A stretch of 64,000 nt of DNA. It comes from an uncultured Gammaproteobacteria bacterium. Lineage in GTDB: Bacteria > Pseudomonadota > Gammaproteobacteria > JAURND01. Each line of letters starts with the position of its first letter. Position 1 is the first letter of the stretch. Of the stretch, positions 49,398 to 60,300 are shown piece by piece. The notes under the pieces were generated by a model. The model was not told the origin of the DNA. It searched no databases and was given only the letters and a program-made list of their open reading frames with translations. The position numbers were made by a program, and so were the translations under genes. Location: positions 928,001 to 992,000 of the forward strand of contig CAVQQD010000002.1 in the NCBI GenBank assembly GCA_963714975.1, given 5' to 3'.

Positions 49398-49790
49398 CCT
49401 CGCTCTCCTATATTTTATAGATAAGCAATTTCCGCTGAAACCTTGGGCAGTGTGCGCAGTAACTTTGCGCCACCCGTCGATCAAATGACGTAGGAAGCGA
49501 AAAAATTGGTAATTTTAGATTAATAAATTAGGGAATAATCTAGAAATTTTTGCGAAAATGAAAAAAAATAGTGATTGACAAGCAATAACTGTAGGCATTT
49601 TTTATCCTCCTTGATGTGAATGAAGTTCAAAATCCTTTTGAACCAAAATAAGCAGAGGGCAGTATAGCACTTTTAAAACTATAAGCCAAAATATTTTTAT
49701 TTGGCGACAAGTATTGAATGCTAATAGTGATATCGGCATTGAAAAATAATTAATTCTGGATTTTTTACTTGATAAACAAGCCGATGCTCA

Positions 49791-50252
49791 TCATTGATCC
49801 TTGGCTGGGTTGCGTAGCAAATATACCGTCTCTTCATAGGCTGCACCCTCCCAATGGAACTTTATTTCTTGTTCAATATCAGGATGCAAACTATGGTGCA
49901 CGGGGCAGGCTAAAGCCGCTTTTTCTAAAGATTCTCGATGAGGATGATTGGCAGCAAGTGGGACGAAATAATCTACCTCAAGCCGACCAATACGTCGTGG
50001 TGGCGTGCTTGCCATTCCCTTACGCACATTGACGCGAATTCCTTTAAGCTCTAAGCCATATTTTTGGCCGGCAATGGCCATAATGGTCGCCATACAGGTA
50101 CCCAAAGAAGCAGCCAGTAAATCAGTAGGACTAAAAGCCTGGCCACGTCCATGATTATCAGGAGGAGCATCGGTGGCAATTTCCGCTCCTGATGGGAGAT
50201 GAGTAGCACGACAGTGCAAGTCACCTTCATAATGGATTTCAATTTCAGTCAT
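49791..50252 (-). CDS. OsmC family protein
   Basis: TDAPPDNHGRG, FSPTDLLAASLGTC and CPVHHSL. Confidence 0.9.
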   Translation of the reverse strand: MTEIEIHYEGDLHCRATHLPSGAEIATDAPPDNHGRGQAFSPTDLLAASLGTCMATIMAIAGQKYGLELKGIRVNVRKGMASTPPRRIGRLEVDYFVPLAANHPHRESLEKAALACPVHHSLHPDIEQEIKFHWEGAAYEETVYLLRNPAKDQ

Positions 50253-50326
50253 ATAGATTTCCTGTTTGTAGGTAATTTTGAGCCTCTCTCCCGCTTGCGG
50301 GAGGAATGAATATTAGCACAAAGCGC

Positions 50327-50355
50327 TTTACAATTGTATAAAAAATGGCTATACT
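50327..50355 (+). promoter_or_regulatory. Sigma70 promoter of leu operon
   Basis: TTTACA-17 bp-TATACT. Confidence 0.7.
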
Positions 50356-50387
50356 CTGGTCATTGTTTTTTTATGAAGAGGTGCGCA

Positions 50388-50489
50388 ATGAAAACTTATT
50401 TCTCCAACTCCTTTGCTCGAGTTTTTCCTTCCAAACCTATTGCACGTCTTCTTAATCTCCTTTCACTTCGACTTTTAAGCCTAGCTTAA
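50388..50489 (+). CDS. leu operon leader peptide (33 aa)
   Basis: GAGG SD; MKTYFSNSFARVFPSKPIARLLNLLSLRLLSLA* with 8 Leu in the last 13 codons, upstream of leuA. Confidence 0.8.
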   Translation: MKTYFSNSFARVFPSKPIARLLNLLSLRLLSLA

Positions 50490-50629
50490 TACCCCCTCTC
50501 CCTACCCTCTCCCACCTTCCCTCGCTAACGCTCGGGCGGGGGAGAGGGAATTTGAGGAATGACCCTCTTCACTGACCTTTACCAACTCAGGCGAGAAGAG
50601 GGAATTTAATAAATAGTCGAGGTCTTTTT

Positions 50630-52240
50630 ATGCAACCCCAACACATTACCATATTTGATACTACCCTGCGGGATGGCCAGCAATGTCCAGGAGCGGGCAT
50701 GTCTTTTGATAAAAACATTGAATACGCACATTTAGTCGCTAAAGCAGGTATTGATGTCATTGAAGCCGGATTTCCCTCAGCCAGCCAAACCGATTTTATG
50801 ATCGTGCGTACTATTGCGGAAGAATTAGCTCACGAGCCCAATAACCCCATCATCGCTGGTTTGTGCCAGTTACGCGAAAAGCAATTTATTACCACCATGG
50901 AAGCACTGCAACCTGCCCTGCCTGCCCAAAAAGCCAGACTACATACCTATTTACCAGTCGACCCTGAATTAATGAGTTCCTCTCTGGGAGAGTATGCCAA
51001 TCAAAAACAACAAATAGTTGAAGACGTCTACCGTTTAATCAAAATTGCGGTTGCGGCTGGGATGGAGGTGGAATTTAGTGCTGAAGGTTATTCACGCATC
51101 CGTGATATCAATTTTAACTTTACCACGGACGTATTTATGGCTGCAGTCTCTGCGGGTGCTAGCATTATCAATTGCCCGGACACAATTGGCGGCGCCTGTA
51201 AATTAGAAGGGAGCCACTATTACGTAGAGTTGATGAAACAGCACGCTCAAAAGATCCAACAAGCATTTCCAAACCAAGCTATTACCTGGTCAGTACATTG
51301 CCATAACGATTTTGGTTTAGCCTTAGAAAATTCGATTAATGGGGTGTTTTATGGCCCGGCCACCCAAATTGAAGGATGTTTTAATGGCATTGGCGAACGT
51401 GCTGGTAATGTATCCATAGAACAATGCATTATGTATGTCAAATATTTTGGTCAAGCCACCGGCTTGGAAAAAACTTATACGACACGGATTAATACCGATA
51501 TGTTGCAAAGCATTTCTGATTTTGTTGGCCGTTATATGCTCCCCCGCCAGCCGCATTGGCCAATTACTGGTGATAATGCGGCCAAGCATTCTTCGGGCGG
51601 TCATACCAATGCTGTGATTCGCAACCCCCTAGCCTATCAACCCTTTGATCCTAAAGAAATTGGCAAAGAAATTTCTTTCTTATTTGGTCCCTTAAGTGGC
51701 GGGAACCATGCCAAGTCCATCATTGAAAATTTTGGTTATCGTTGCGAAGAAAGCGAGAAAGCAGTAATGGCGCAATTTATTAAAAACCATTATGCGGATC
51801 GACGCAAAGGCATCACTGATCAAGAATTATTGCAAGCCTATTTTCAATATCGCAAACCGATCAAGGCAGCGCAATTTGATTATGCTAAAGTGGGGAAGCA
51901 AAGCCATCTGAAAATTTCAGGGGCTTTTTTCAATCATGCAGAAGGCTTCGAAATCACTTGTCAGGGCGCCGATTCTGCTTTGGCGGCTTTGCATAAGGCC
52001 ATTAGCAATTTCTTCGCAGGGCTGACGATTGAAAATTATCAAAGCCAAGCAGCGACTCGTGGCATTGATTCCATTAGTCAAAGCAAAATTACCATTAAAA
52101 ATAGCCATAATGAATTTTTTAATGGCCAAGGGGAAGATCAAGACATTGAAATTTCAGCCTTAAAAGCCCTAGCGGATGCGGTTAATCAGGCTTATATTCA
52201 TCAAAATTATAAAATACGAGCCTGCGAGGTTGCAGTATGA
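50630..52240 (+). CDS. leuA: 2-isopropylmalate synthase
   Basis: FDTTLRDGQQ, IEAGFP, HCHNDFG and NGIGERAGN. Confidence 0.93.
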   Translation: MQPQHITIFDTTLRDGQQCPGAGMSFDKNIEYAHLVAKAGIDVIEAGFPSASQTDFMIVRTIAEELAHEPNNPIIAGLCQLREKQFITTMEALQPALPAQKARLHTYLPVDPELMSSSLGEYANQKQQIVEDVYRLIKIAVAAGMEVEFSAEGYSRIRDINFNFTTDVFMAAVSAGASIINCPDTIGGACKLEGSHYYVELMKQHAQKIQQAFPNQAITWSVHCHNDFGLALENSINGVFYGPATQIEGCFNGIGERAGNVSIEQCIMYVKYFGQATGLEKTYTTRINTDMLQSISDFVGRYMLPRQPHWPITGDNAAKHSSGGHTNAVIRNPLAYQPFDPKEIGKEISFLFGPLSGGNHAKSIIENFGYRCEESEKAVMAQFIKNHYADRRKGITDQELLQAYFQYRKPIKAAQFDYAKVGKQSHLKISGAFFNHAEGFEITCQGADSALAALHKAISNFFAGLTIENYQSQAATRGIDSISQSKITIKNSHNEFFNGQGEDQDIEISALKALADAVNQAYIHQNYKIRACEVAV

Positions 52241-53637
52241 GTGCCAAAAATATTATTGAGAAAATTTGGGATGCCCATGTCGTATTACAAAATCCTGGGC
52301 ATCCGGCGATCTTTAGTATCGATTTTAGCTTGTTACACGAAGTCACTTCAGCCCAAGCTTTTCAAACTTTGGCGGAACGAGGCTTGCCAGTCTATAACCC
52401 AAAGCAATGTCTAGCCACGATTGATCATAGTATTCCTACCAGTTTTAATCGCCAAGAAATCGCAGATCCAGCCGCGAGACACCAGGTTGGGTTATTACGC
52501 GAAAATGCTCACAAAAATGCTATTCCTTTTTTTGATTTCGATAGTCAGCATCAGGGCATTGTTCACGTCATCGGTCCTGAGTTAGGGGCGACCCAACCGG
52601 GGATGACTTTAGTATGTGGCGATTCTCATACCTCAACTCATGGTGCATTCGGCGCCTTGGCTTTTGGGGTGGGTACTTCGGAACTGACCTATGTTTTAGC
52701 TACGGGTTGTTTGTTACTCAACAAACCCAAGATCATGCAGGTGCATTTCAACGGAAGATTAGGCAAGGGAGTATTTGCTAAAGATGTGATTATGAAATTA
52801 ATTGCGGAAATTGGCATTGGGGGTGCCAATGGGCATGTGATCGAATATTCGGGTGACGCTATTTCCGCGATGAGCATGGAAGAACGTATGACGATCTGTA
52901 ATATGAGCATTGAATGCGGCGCACGAGCGGGTTTAATTGTCCCTGATGCCACCACCTATGCTTATTTAAAAGATCGACCCTATAGCCCAACGGGCGCGGA
53001 GTGGGAACAAGCCTTGGTACGTTGGCAAGCCCTGGTTAGCGATCCTGGGTGTTGCTATGATAAAACAGTCATTATTGATCTTGATCAACTAAAACCCATG
53101 GTCACCTGGGGCACTAATCCGGCTCAAGCAATTGCGATTGACCAATGCATACCGTCTTTGACGGAGCTTACTACAGAACAACAGGCTATGGCGGTCGCTG
53201 CGCTGCGTTATGTGCAATTAGACTCTGGAACTCCTATTCAGGGCACCCCGATTGATTGGGCCTTTATTGGCTCCTGTACTAATGGCCGGATTGAAGATCT
53301 GCGCGTCGCTGCCAGCATTTTACAAGGCCAGCAAGTTCATGCTAACGTGACCCTGTATATCGTGCCAGGATCAGAGGCGGTACGTGCGCAAGCAATTGCG
53401 GAAGGATTGGAGCAAATTTTTATAGCAGCAGGCGCACAATTTCGGATGCCAGGTTGCTCGATGTGCTTGGCAATGAATGAAGATAAAGTTCCAGCAGGGA
53501 AACGCTGCATTAGTTCGACTAATCGTAATTTTGTCGGCCGGCAAGGAACGGGGAGCTTTACCCATTTAGCTTCTCCAGCCACAGTTGCCGCCAGTGCCAT
53601 CACCGGCCAAATTACCTCTCCTCGAGAATTCCTATGA
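52237..53637 (+). CDS. leuC: 3-isopropylmalate dehydratase large subunit
   Basis: HEVTS, GDSHTSTHG, GSCTN, GCSMC and STNRNF. Confidence 0.96.
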   Translation: MSAKNIIEKIWDAHVVLQNPGHPAIFSIDFSLLHEVTSAQAFQTLAERGLPVYNPKQCLATIDHSIPTSFNRQEIADPAARHQVGLLRENAHKNAIPFFDFDSQHQGIVHVIGPELGATQPGMTLVCGDSHTSTHGAFGALAFGVGTSELTYVLATGCLLLNKPKIMQVHFNGRLGKGVFAKDVIMKLIAEIGIGGANGHVIEYSGDAISAMSMEERMTICNMSIECGARAGLIVPDATTYAYLKDRPYSPTGAEWEQALVRWQALVSDPGCCYDKTVIIDLDQLKPMVTWGTNPAQAIAIDQCIPSLTELTTEQQAMAVAALRYVQLDSGTPIQGTPIDWAFIGSCTNGRIEDLRVAASILQGQQVHANVTLYIVPGSEAVRAQAIAEGLEQIFIAAGAQFRMPGCSMCLAMNEDKVPAGKRCISSTNRNFVGRQGTGSFTHLASPATVAASAITGQITSPREFL

Positions 53638-54197
53638 AAAAAATTACCCAGATTACTGGCTTAACGATTCCTCTGGCGATGGACGATGTCGATACGGATT
53701 TGATTATCCCCGCCCAGTATTTAACTAGCACTTCAAAACAAGGCTATGGCGAACATCTGTTCGCACGTTTGCGCCAAAATGATCCTAATTTTGTCTTTAA
53801 TCAACCCAAATATACTGAGGCGGTTATTTTAATTAGCCGCAATAATTTTGGCTGCGGATCTTCACGCGAACATGCGGTATGGGCTTTGCAAGAAGCAGGA
53901 ATTCAAGCCGTAATTGCCGCCTCCTTTGCGGATATTTTTGCTAGCAATAGCGCTAAAAACGGTTTGTTATTGATTACTTTAGCTCCTGATAGAATTCAAT
54001 CGATGCTCAAGTTTGCCGAAAAATTCCCTTACTGCTTATCGATTGATCTAGAGAAGCAAACTATTACCTCAACTCAGGAAGAAATAGTTCACTTTGTCAT
54101 CAATCCATTTTTAAAAGATTGTTTCCTCCAAGGGATGGATGAGTTAGATTATTTACTAAGTTATCAACGCAAAATAGAACAACATAAGCAGAAATGA
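53634..54197 (+). CDS. leuD: 3-isopropylmalate dehydratase small subunit
   Basis: DVDTDLIIP and NFGCGSSREHA. Confidence 0.96.
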   Translation: MKKITQITGLTIPLAMDDVDTDLIIPAQYLTSTSKQGYGEHLFARLRQNDPNFVFNQPKYTEAVILISRNNFGCGSSREHAVWALQEAGIQAVIAASFADIFASNSAKNGLLLITLAPDRIQSMLKFAEKFPYCLSIDLEKQTITSTQEEIVHFVINPFLKDCFLQGMDELDYLLSYQRKIEQHKQK

Positions 54198-54263
54198 AAT
54201 ACCTTATACCTTCTCCCCTTGTGGGAGAAGGTGGCCGCAGGCCGGATGAGGGGAGGGACTCTT

Positions 54264-55340
54264 ATGCACAAAAACATCGCTATACTGGCCGGCGACGGCA
54301 TCGGTCAAGAAGTCATGCCACAAGCATTGCGCGTGCTGCAAGCCATTGCGCAAAAATATGCGCATACTTTTACCCTCCAAGAAGCCGCTATTGGCGGCGC
54401 GGCGTTTGATCACTATGGTGCTCATTTCCCCAGGGAAACTCAAGCCATTTGTCAGCAAGCGGATGCGATTTTATTTGGTTCTGTTGGCGGTCCGCTGCAG
54501 GAAGCGCATTTACCCAAATGGCAAAATTGCGAACGAAACTCTATTCTGGCCTTACGCAAAAGCCTAAACTTGAACGTCAATTTACGCCCGATTCGGCTTT
54601 ATGCCAGTTTACAAGAAAATTCACCGCTGAAGGAACGGGTGATTAGCCAAGGCGTTGATATTCTAATTGCTCGCGAATTAATTGGTGATATTTACTTTGG
54701 TGAGCATCGACAATTTATTCAGGAAGGGATTCGTCATGCTTCCGACGTTGCTGAATATAATGAGCAACAAATTGCTGCCATCGCTCATCGTAGTTTTCAA
54801 TTGTCACAAGGGCGGAGAAAGAAAATTACCTCAGTCGATAAAGCCAATGTATTAGATACTTCGAAATTATGGCGTACGGTGGTTAATGAAATTGCTGGGC
54901 TTTACCCAGCAGTACAGTATGAGCATATGTTGGTGGATAATTGTGCCATGCAGTTGATCCTTAATCCTGGGCAGTTTGATGTAATTTTAACCTCTAATTT
55001 ATTTGGTGATATCTTATCTGACGCGGCTGCTGCCTTACCGGGGAGTTTGGGCTTGATCCCCTCAGCCAGCCTTAGTCAATCTGGCAAGGGTTTATATGAG
55101 CCCTCAGGTGGCTCTGCGCCCGATATCGCCGGCAAAAATGTTGCCAACCCCATTGCGCAAATTTTATCTGTCGCTTTGCTGCTGCGTTATTCATTTGCTT
55201 TAAATATTGAAGCCGAAGCGATTGAGCAAGCAGTAGAAAAAACCCTGGAGGCTGGATTGCGGACTAAAGATATTTGGATTGATGGCAAGAAATTAGCGAC
55301 AACCCAGGAGCTAACGGATCATATAATTGAGCTGATTTAA
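54264..55340 (+). CDS. leuB: 3-isopropylmalate dehydrogenase
   Basis: GDGIGQEV, VDKANVL, NLFGDILSD and SAPDIAGKNVANP; ATG at 54264. Confidence 0.96.
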   Translation: MHKNIAILAGDGIGQEVMPQALRVLQAIAQKYAHTFTLQEAAIGGAAFDHYGAHFPRETQAICQQADAILFGSVGGPLQEAHLPKWQNCERNSILALRKSLNLNVNLRPIRLYASLQENSPLKERVISQGVDILIARELIGDIYFGEHRQFIQEGIRHASDVAEYNEQQIAAIAHRSFQLSQGRRKKITSVDKANVLDTSKLWRTVVNEIAGLYPAVQYEHMLVDNCAMQLILNPGQFDVILTSNLFGDILSDAAAALPGSLGLIPSASLSQSGKGLYEPSGGSAPDIAGKNVANPIAQILSVALLLRYSFALNIEAEAIEQAVEKTLEAGLRTKDIWIDGKKLATTQELTDHIIELI

Positions 55341-55362
55341 AGTGTAAAGAATTCTTTCTGCC

Positions 55363-55575
55363 GTCATTGCGAGCGCAGCGTCCGTCATCCTGAGCGAAGC
55401 CTCTGCATCCCGAGCGAAGCGCCTTCATCCTGAGCGAAGCCTCTGTCATCCTGAGCGAAGCGAGGGATCTCCTGCAGCTGGCATGGAGATCCCTCGCTTC
55501 GCTCGGGATGACAGAGGCTTCGCTCAGGATGACAGAGGCTTCGCTCAGGATGACAGGCACTTTGCTTGGGATGAC
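55363..55575. repeat. Compound palindrome: five ~20-21-bp units, central hairpin, four inverted units
   Basis: Unit GTCATCCTGAGCGAAGCCTCT; core GAGGGATCTCC...GGAGATCCCTC. Confidence 0.9.
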
Positions 55576-55665
55576 GAAGAGGCACTCTCATCCGCGGCCT
55601 ACGGCCACCTTCTCCCGCAAGCGGGAGAAGGGACATGCTCGGCGTATAAGAGAGGGAAGAAAACT

Positions 55666-55875
55666 TTATTCGTCCGTAGGTCTAATATTTGAAGCTTGCT
55701 TTCCTTTAGGACCCGAGGTTTCATCATAAAAGACACGTTGACCCTCCGCCAGCGTTCGATAGCCATCTGCGGATATTGCAGAGTAATGTGCGAATAAATC
55801 ATCACCACCTTGTTCAGGTGTAATAAAACCATAACCTTTTGTGGGATTGAACCACTTAACCGTACCAATTGCCAT
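55666..55875 (-). CDS. cspA: Cold-shock protein
   Basis: GTVKWFN..KGYGFI and LFAHYSAI. Confidence 0.93.
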   Translation of the reverse strand: MAIGTVKWFNPTKGYGFITPEQGGDDLFAHYSAISADGYRTLAEGQRVFYDETSGPKGKQASNIRPTDE

Positions 55876-56038
55876 AATATTTTATTTCCTCTGATTTAAA
55901 AAATTAACGTAACTACTACACTGTGCTTGTTCAGCACCCCAAGATTTTGGCGTAATCAGAGCATAATTTCAAGCAAAATTTTTAAAAAATAAAACTCCTT
56001 ATTATTCCCCCCTTTGAAAAAGGGGGGTTAGGGGGGAT

Positions 56039-56410
56039 TTAATAAGAAGTGGTCTGCTGATTGAGGAGTCCAGCTGAACTTCCACTACTTAAGGACGAGC
56101 TCGAGTTTGAGCTGGCGTTCAGAAAAGAAGCATTAGCCTCATCGATAGGTCCTATAGACTTTGGCTTCGAAAAAAACCTAACTCCCCCCTGGTACAGTTC
56201 TTTTCTAAAAGTAATCAGCAAAACCACTGCTAACATCGCAGCAAGTAGCGTCAAGTCATAGGCATAATTGGGGAAATGCTCATGACCTTTAAATGGATCT
56301 AGAGGGTTAGTAAAATGCTCAGGATCCTTATTACTCAATACACCTGCCGCAATGCCAATACCTACAGCAGCAATGCAAGCTATCTTTAAGAAATCATTCG
56401 TTCTCGACAC
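56039..56410 (-). CDS. Hypothetical two-TM protein, paralog of 56549-57046
   Basis: Shared EHFP..A.DLTLLAA motif. Confidence 0.65.
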   Translation of the reverse strand: MSRTNDFLKIACIAAVGIGIAAGVLSNKDPEHFTNPLDPFKGHEHFPNYAYDLTLLAAMLAVVLLITFRKELYQGGVRFFSKPKSIGPIDEANASFLNASSNSSSSLSSGSSAGLLNQQTTSY

Positions 56411-56548
56411 AATTACTTACTCTCAAGGTTTGTCCCGGCACGGATGGCGGGATTTAGTCTGCAGGATGCGAAACTTTCACATCCTGCTGGACTGGATTCC
56501 TGCATCCTGCAGGAAGGATGGGGCTCAGCGCAAATTTCCTCTGCCGCG

Positions 56549-57046
56549 TTAGCTATCAGCTGAAACCGAAGTTGGGTTCAAACTTGGGGTGTTGCTCGCC
56601 GCATGGGGATCGCGGGTCGGGAGCGGCTCCGGATGCGAAGTAGTCGGTGCAGTAAAAAAGGTACCTCTATTGTCCCATGCCTGCTTTATTTCGTGTCTCT
56701 TAATAAACAGCACAACCGCTAGTACCACAGCTGCAAGCAGGGTCAAATCAAAAGCAAATTTGGGGAAATGCTCGAAATCTTTGAATGAGTCGGCGTAGTT
56801 TTTAAAATGATCGTGAAAACCCTGCTTAAAATGATTTTCAAAGAAATCATCGAAGCTTTCTTTATCTTTCGCAGCCCAGATCCCTAAACCGAGACCAGCC
56901 AGTGCAGACAATGTACCCACTGCTACTACAGCTTTTTGCTTCGGAGTAGTTGGGCGTGGGGACCAGAGACTACGACCTGTTGGGTGGCTGTGAAGTAGGT
57001 GTTCAGTATCGGTTGCTGTAGTTTCACGTCGATCACGACCGCTCAT
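56549..57046 (-). CDS. Hypothetical two-TM protein
   Basis: GAGG SD before MSGRDRR; two hydrophobic segments and a Pro/Ser-rich tail. Confidence 0.65.
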   Translation of the reverse strand: MSGRDRRETTATDTEHLLHSHPTGRSLWSPRPTTPKQKAVVAVGTLSALAGLGLGIWAAKDKESFDDFFENHFKQGFHDHFKNYADSFKDFEHFPKFAFDLTLLAAVVLAVVLFIKRHEIKQAWDNRGTFFTAPTTSHPEPLPTRDPHAASNTPSLNPTSVSADS

Positions 57047-57228
57047 AATTTTTTCCTCTTTAAATTTAGTTAATGGTCCCACATGAGAGTCATGCGGGGC
57101 TTTGAAAACAATTCCTAATAATTAGGTTTGCTGATTAGACGATATTTTTTATAAAAAAGCAACGATTTTTTATAGTACCCTCTCCCAAATCCCCTACCCC
57201 CGCCTCTTTTCGTCATCGGCCTCTTTTC

Positions 57229-57296
57229 GTCATCCCGAGCGAAGCGAGGGATCTCCTGCAACCGGCATGGAGATCCCTCACTTCGCTCGGGATGAC
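57229..57296. repeat. GTCAT...ATGAC palindromic element
   Basis: Nearly identical to the core of 55363-55575. Confidence 0.85.
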
Positions 57297-57340
57297 GAAA
57301 AGAGGCCGATGAGGGGGTTGCTGAGCCGCCTCATTAGACC

Positions 57341-60300
57341 TTATCCACGCAATCGTGACAAGAGTTGTGCAATAATTTTTATCTTCTCTTCTGCTGTCGC
57401 TGCTGCGGAGCAGCTAAATTTTAATTTTTCGCTACCAATAATCCGATACTGCTGGGGTTGTTTTTGCACGAGTTGCATTAATGCTGTCATATTTATATTT
57501 GGTTTTGAGGTAAACTCAATCACTCCCTGTTCTCCACCGAGATCAATTTTGCGCACGCCCATGGGCGCAGCACGTAAGCGCAGCTGAGCCACTTGAAATA
57601 AATTCGTGGCAGCCGGGGGTAATAATCCAAACCGATCTACCATCTCGACTTGCAAATCTTCAAGTGCGGCAAGATCTTTAGCATTGCCAATCCGCTTATA
57701 CAGGATTAAACGGCTATGCGCATCGGGTAAATAATCTTGTGGGATTAAAGCAGGAATTTTTAAATCAATCTCCACTGCTGCAGCTAAAGGTAGCTCTAGC
57801 AACGGCTGGTTACCTGCCTTTAAGGCCTGGACGGTTTTATCGAGCAATTCCATATACAAGGCATAACCTAATTCTTGAATATGGCCACTTTGCTCATCCC
57901 CCAACAATTCGCCTGCGCCACGAATTTCCAAATCATGAGTCGCTAAAATAAATCCGGTACCGAGTTCTTCTAGGGAACTAATGGCCGTTAAACGTTTTTT
58001 CGCATCACTCGCCAGCTCGCTTTCTGGCGGAGTGAATAAATAGGCATAGGCTTGATGATGGGAGCGCCCTACCCGACCGCGCAATTGATGCAATTGGGCC
58101 AAGCCAAAACGATCTGCGCGCTGAATCACGATGGTATTGGCACTGGGAATATCAATCCCTGACTCAATAATCGTGGTACAGAGCAGCACATTAAAGCGTT
58201 GGTGATAGAAATCCACCATGATTCTTTCGAGCATTTGTTCTGGCATTTGCCCATGCGCCATCGCAAAACGTGCTTCAGGCACTAGCGCTTGCAATTGTTC
58301 TAGGCAACGCGGCATGGTTTGGACTTCGTTATATAAAAAATACACCTGACCGCCACGCATAATTTCACGCAGGAGGGCTTCGCGAATTAGCGGCTTACTA
58401 TGTTCACGCACGAAGGTTTTGATCGCCAATCTTTTGGCTGGCGGTGTCGCGATAATCGACAAATCGCGAATACTGGCCAAAGCCATATTTAAAGTGCGCG
58501 GAATCGGGGTGGCGGTGAGCGTGAGTAAATCCACCTGGGCACGAAATTCTTTGATGCGCTCTTTTTGTCGCACACCAAAACGATGCTCTTCATCGACAAT
58601 CAGTAAGCCTAAGTTGGCAAATTTGATATCAGATTGTAGCAATTTATGGGTGCCAATTAAAATATCGATTTTGCCTTGTTGCAAACTTTCAATAATATGG
58701 CTCTGTTCCCGCTTGGTGCGAAAGCGCGAAATTGCCTCAATTCGCACGGGCCATTTGGCAAATCGATCACGAAAATTATTTAAATGTTGCTCCCCCAGCA
58801 AGGTAGTCGGTACTAAAACGGCCACCTGTTTATGCGATTGCACAGCAATAAACGCTGCGCGCATGGCAACTTCGGTTTTGCCAAAACCCACATCACCACA
58901 CACCAGGCGATCCATGCAGCGGCTGGAAGTCATATCTTCAATGACTTGATTAATGGCCTGCATTTGATCTGGAGTTTCTTCAAAAGGAAAGGTCGAGGCA
59001 AAGGCGAGATAATGTTGGTCCGGAGGTTGGCAGCGAAACCCCGTGGCTGCTGCACGTTGCGCATAAATTAATAACAATTCCGCTGCCACATCCCGAATTT
59101 TCTCGCTGGCTTTGCGCTTGGTCTTTTCCCACTGCCCGGAACCCAAACGATGCAAAGGAGCATGTTCTAAGTCGACACCACTATAACGACTAATGAGATT
59201 TAATGAAGCAATGGGCACGTAGAGCTTAGCTCCTTCCGCATACTCCAGCATAAGATATTCTGCCTCGATGTCTCCAGTTTTCAGCGTGATGAGACCCAGA
59301 TAGCGACCCACACCATAATCCACGTGCACCACGGCCGCCCCGGCTTTTAATTCGGTTAAATCGCGAATCAGGGCATCCGCTTCCTGTTCGCGGCGCTTAC
59401 GCAACCGGCGCTGCATTACTTGCTGGCCAAATAACTCGCCTTCGCTAATTAAGGCAATGGGCGGTTCATTTAAATAGAAACCTTGGTTAATAGGGCAGTG
59501 ACAATGCCTAATGGGGCATTGTCGTTTAAAAAAGCTTCCCAAGAAGGATAAGCTTTGGGATGAATGGATGACTCGCCCAATAAAGTCGTTAACGCTTCAC
59601 GCCGACCCGCGGTTTCGGTGGTGAATAAGATCCGTCGCTCCTTTGGCATTATTCCTCCTCCCCTCAACCAAGCCACTAATCGATACAAAGGTTGGGCTGC
59701 TTGGTGATCCACCAACAAAGAAGGTAACGGGGCAACGGGTATTGTCACTCCTGATTGCGCAGCCTCTTGTTGCAAACGTAATTGGGGAAAGGCGCGAATA
59801 GCGCCAAAAAGCTGATCTACGGTTAAGAATAAATCCTGGGGCGGTAATAACGGGCGCTGGATATCATGGCGTAGTTGCTCGTAACGTTCATGAATTTCGC
59901 GGATAAACAATGTGGTGGTACCCTGAAGATCTTCGCAGGTAATGACAATGCTTTGGTTGGGCAGGTAATCGAATAAAACTTGAGTTTGGGCAAAAAAAAA
60001 GTGGCAAGTAATATTCAATCCCTGCTGCACTTTCCCCGCGGCTGATGCTTTCATACAGCGGACTTTGCAAGGGATTGCCGGAGAAATGTTCACGCCAATT
60101 TTGGCGAAAATAAGCAATCCCCTCCTCGGTTAAGGGAAATTCATGGGCTGGCAATAAATTGATCTCAGAAATAACTTCAAGCGTGCGCTGGGTTTCTGGG
60201 TCAAAGCTGCGTAAGCTATCAATTTCATCCCCGAAAAAATCAATGCGGTAAGGCAAAGAACTTCCCATCGGATACAAATCAAACAAGGAACCGCGCAGGG

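Noticed and set aside
55363-55575. CRISPR array
   Set aside because: Units are adjacent with no unique spacers, half are inverted, and there are no cas genes
55264-55729. Repeat-rich ORFs (ILSEAS, CHPERS, FAQDDR)
   Set aside because: Translations of the palindromic repeat in several frames
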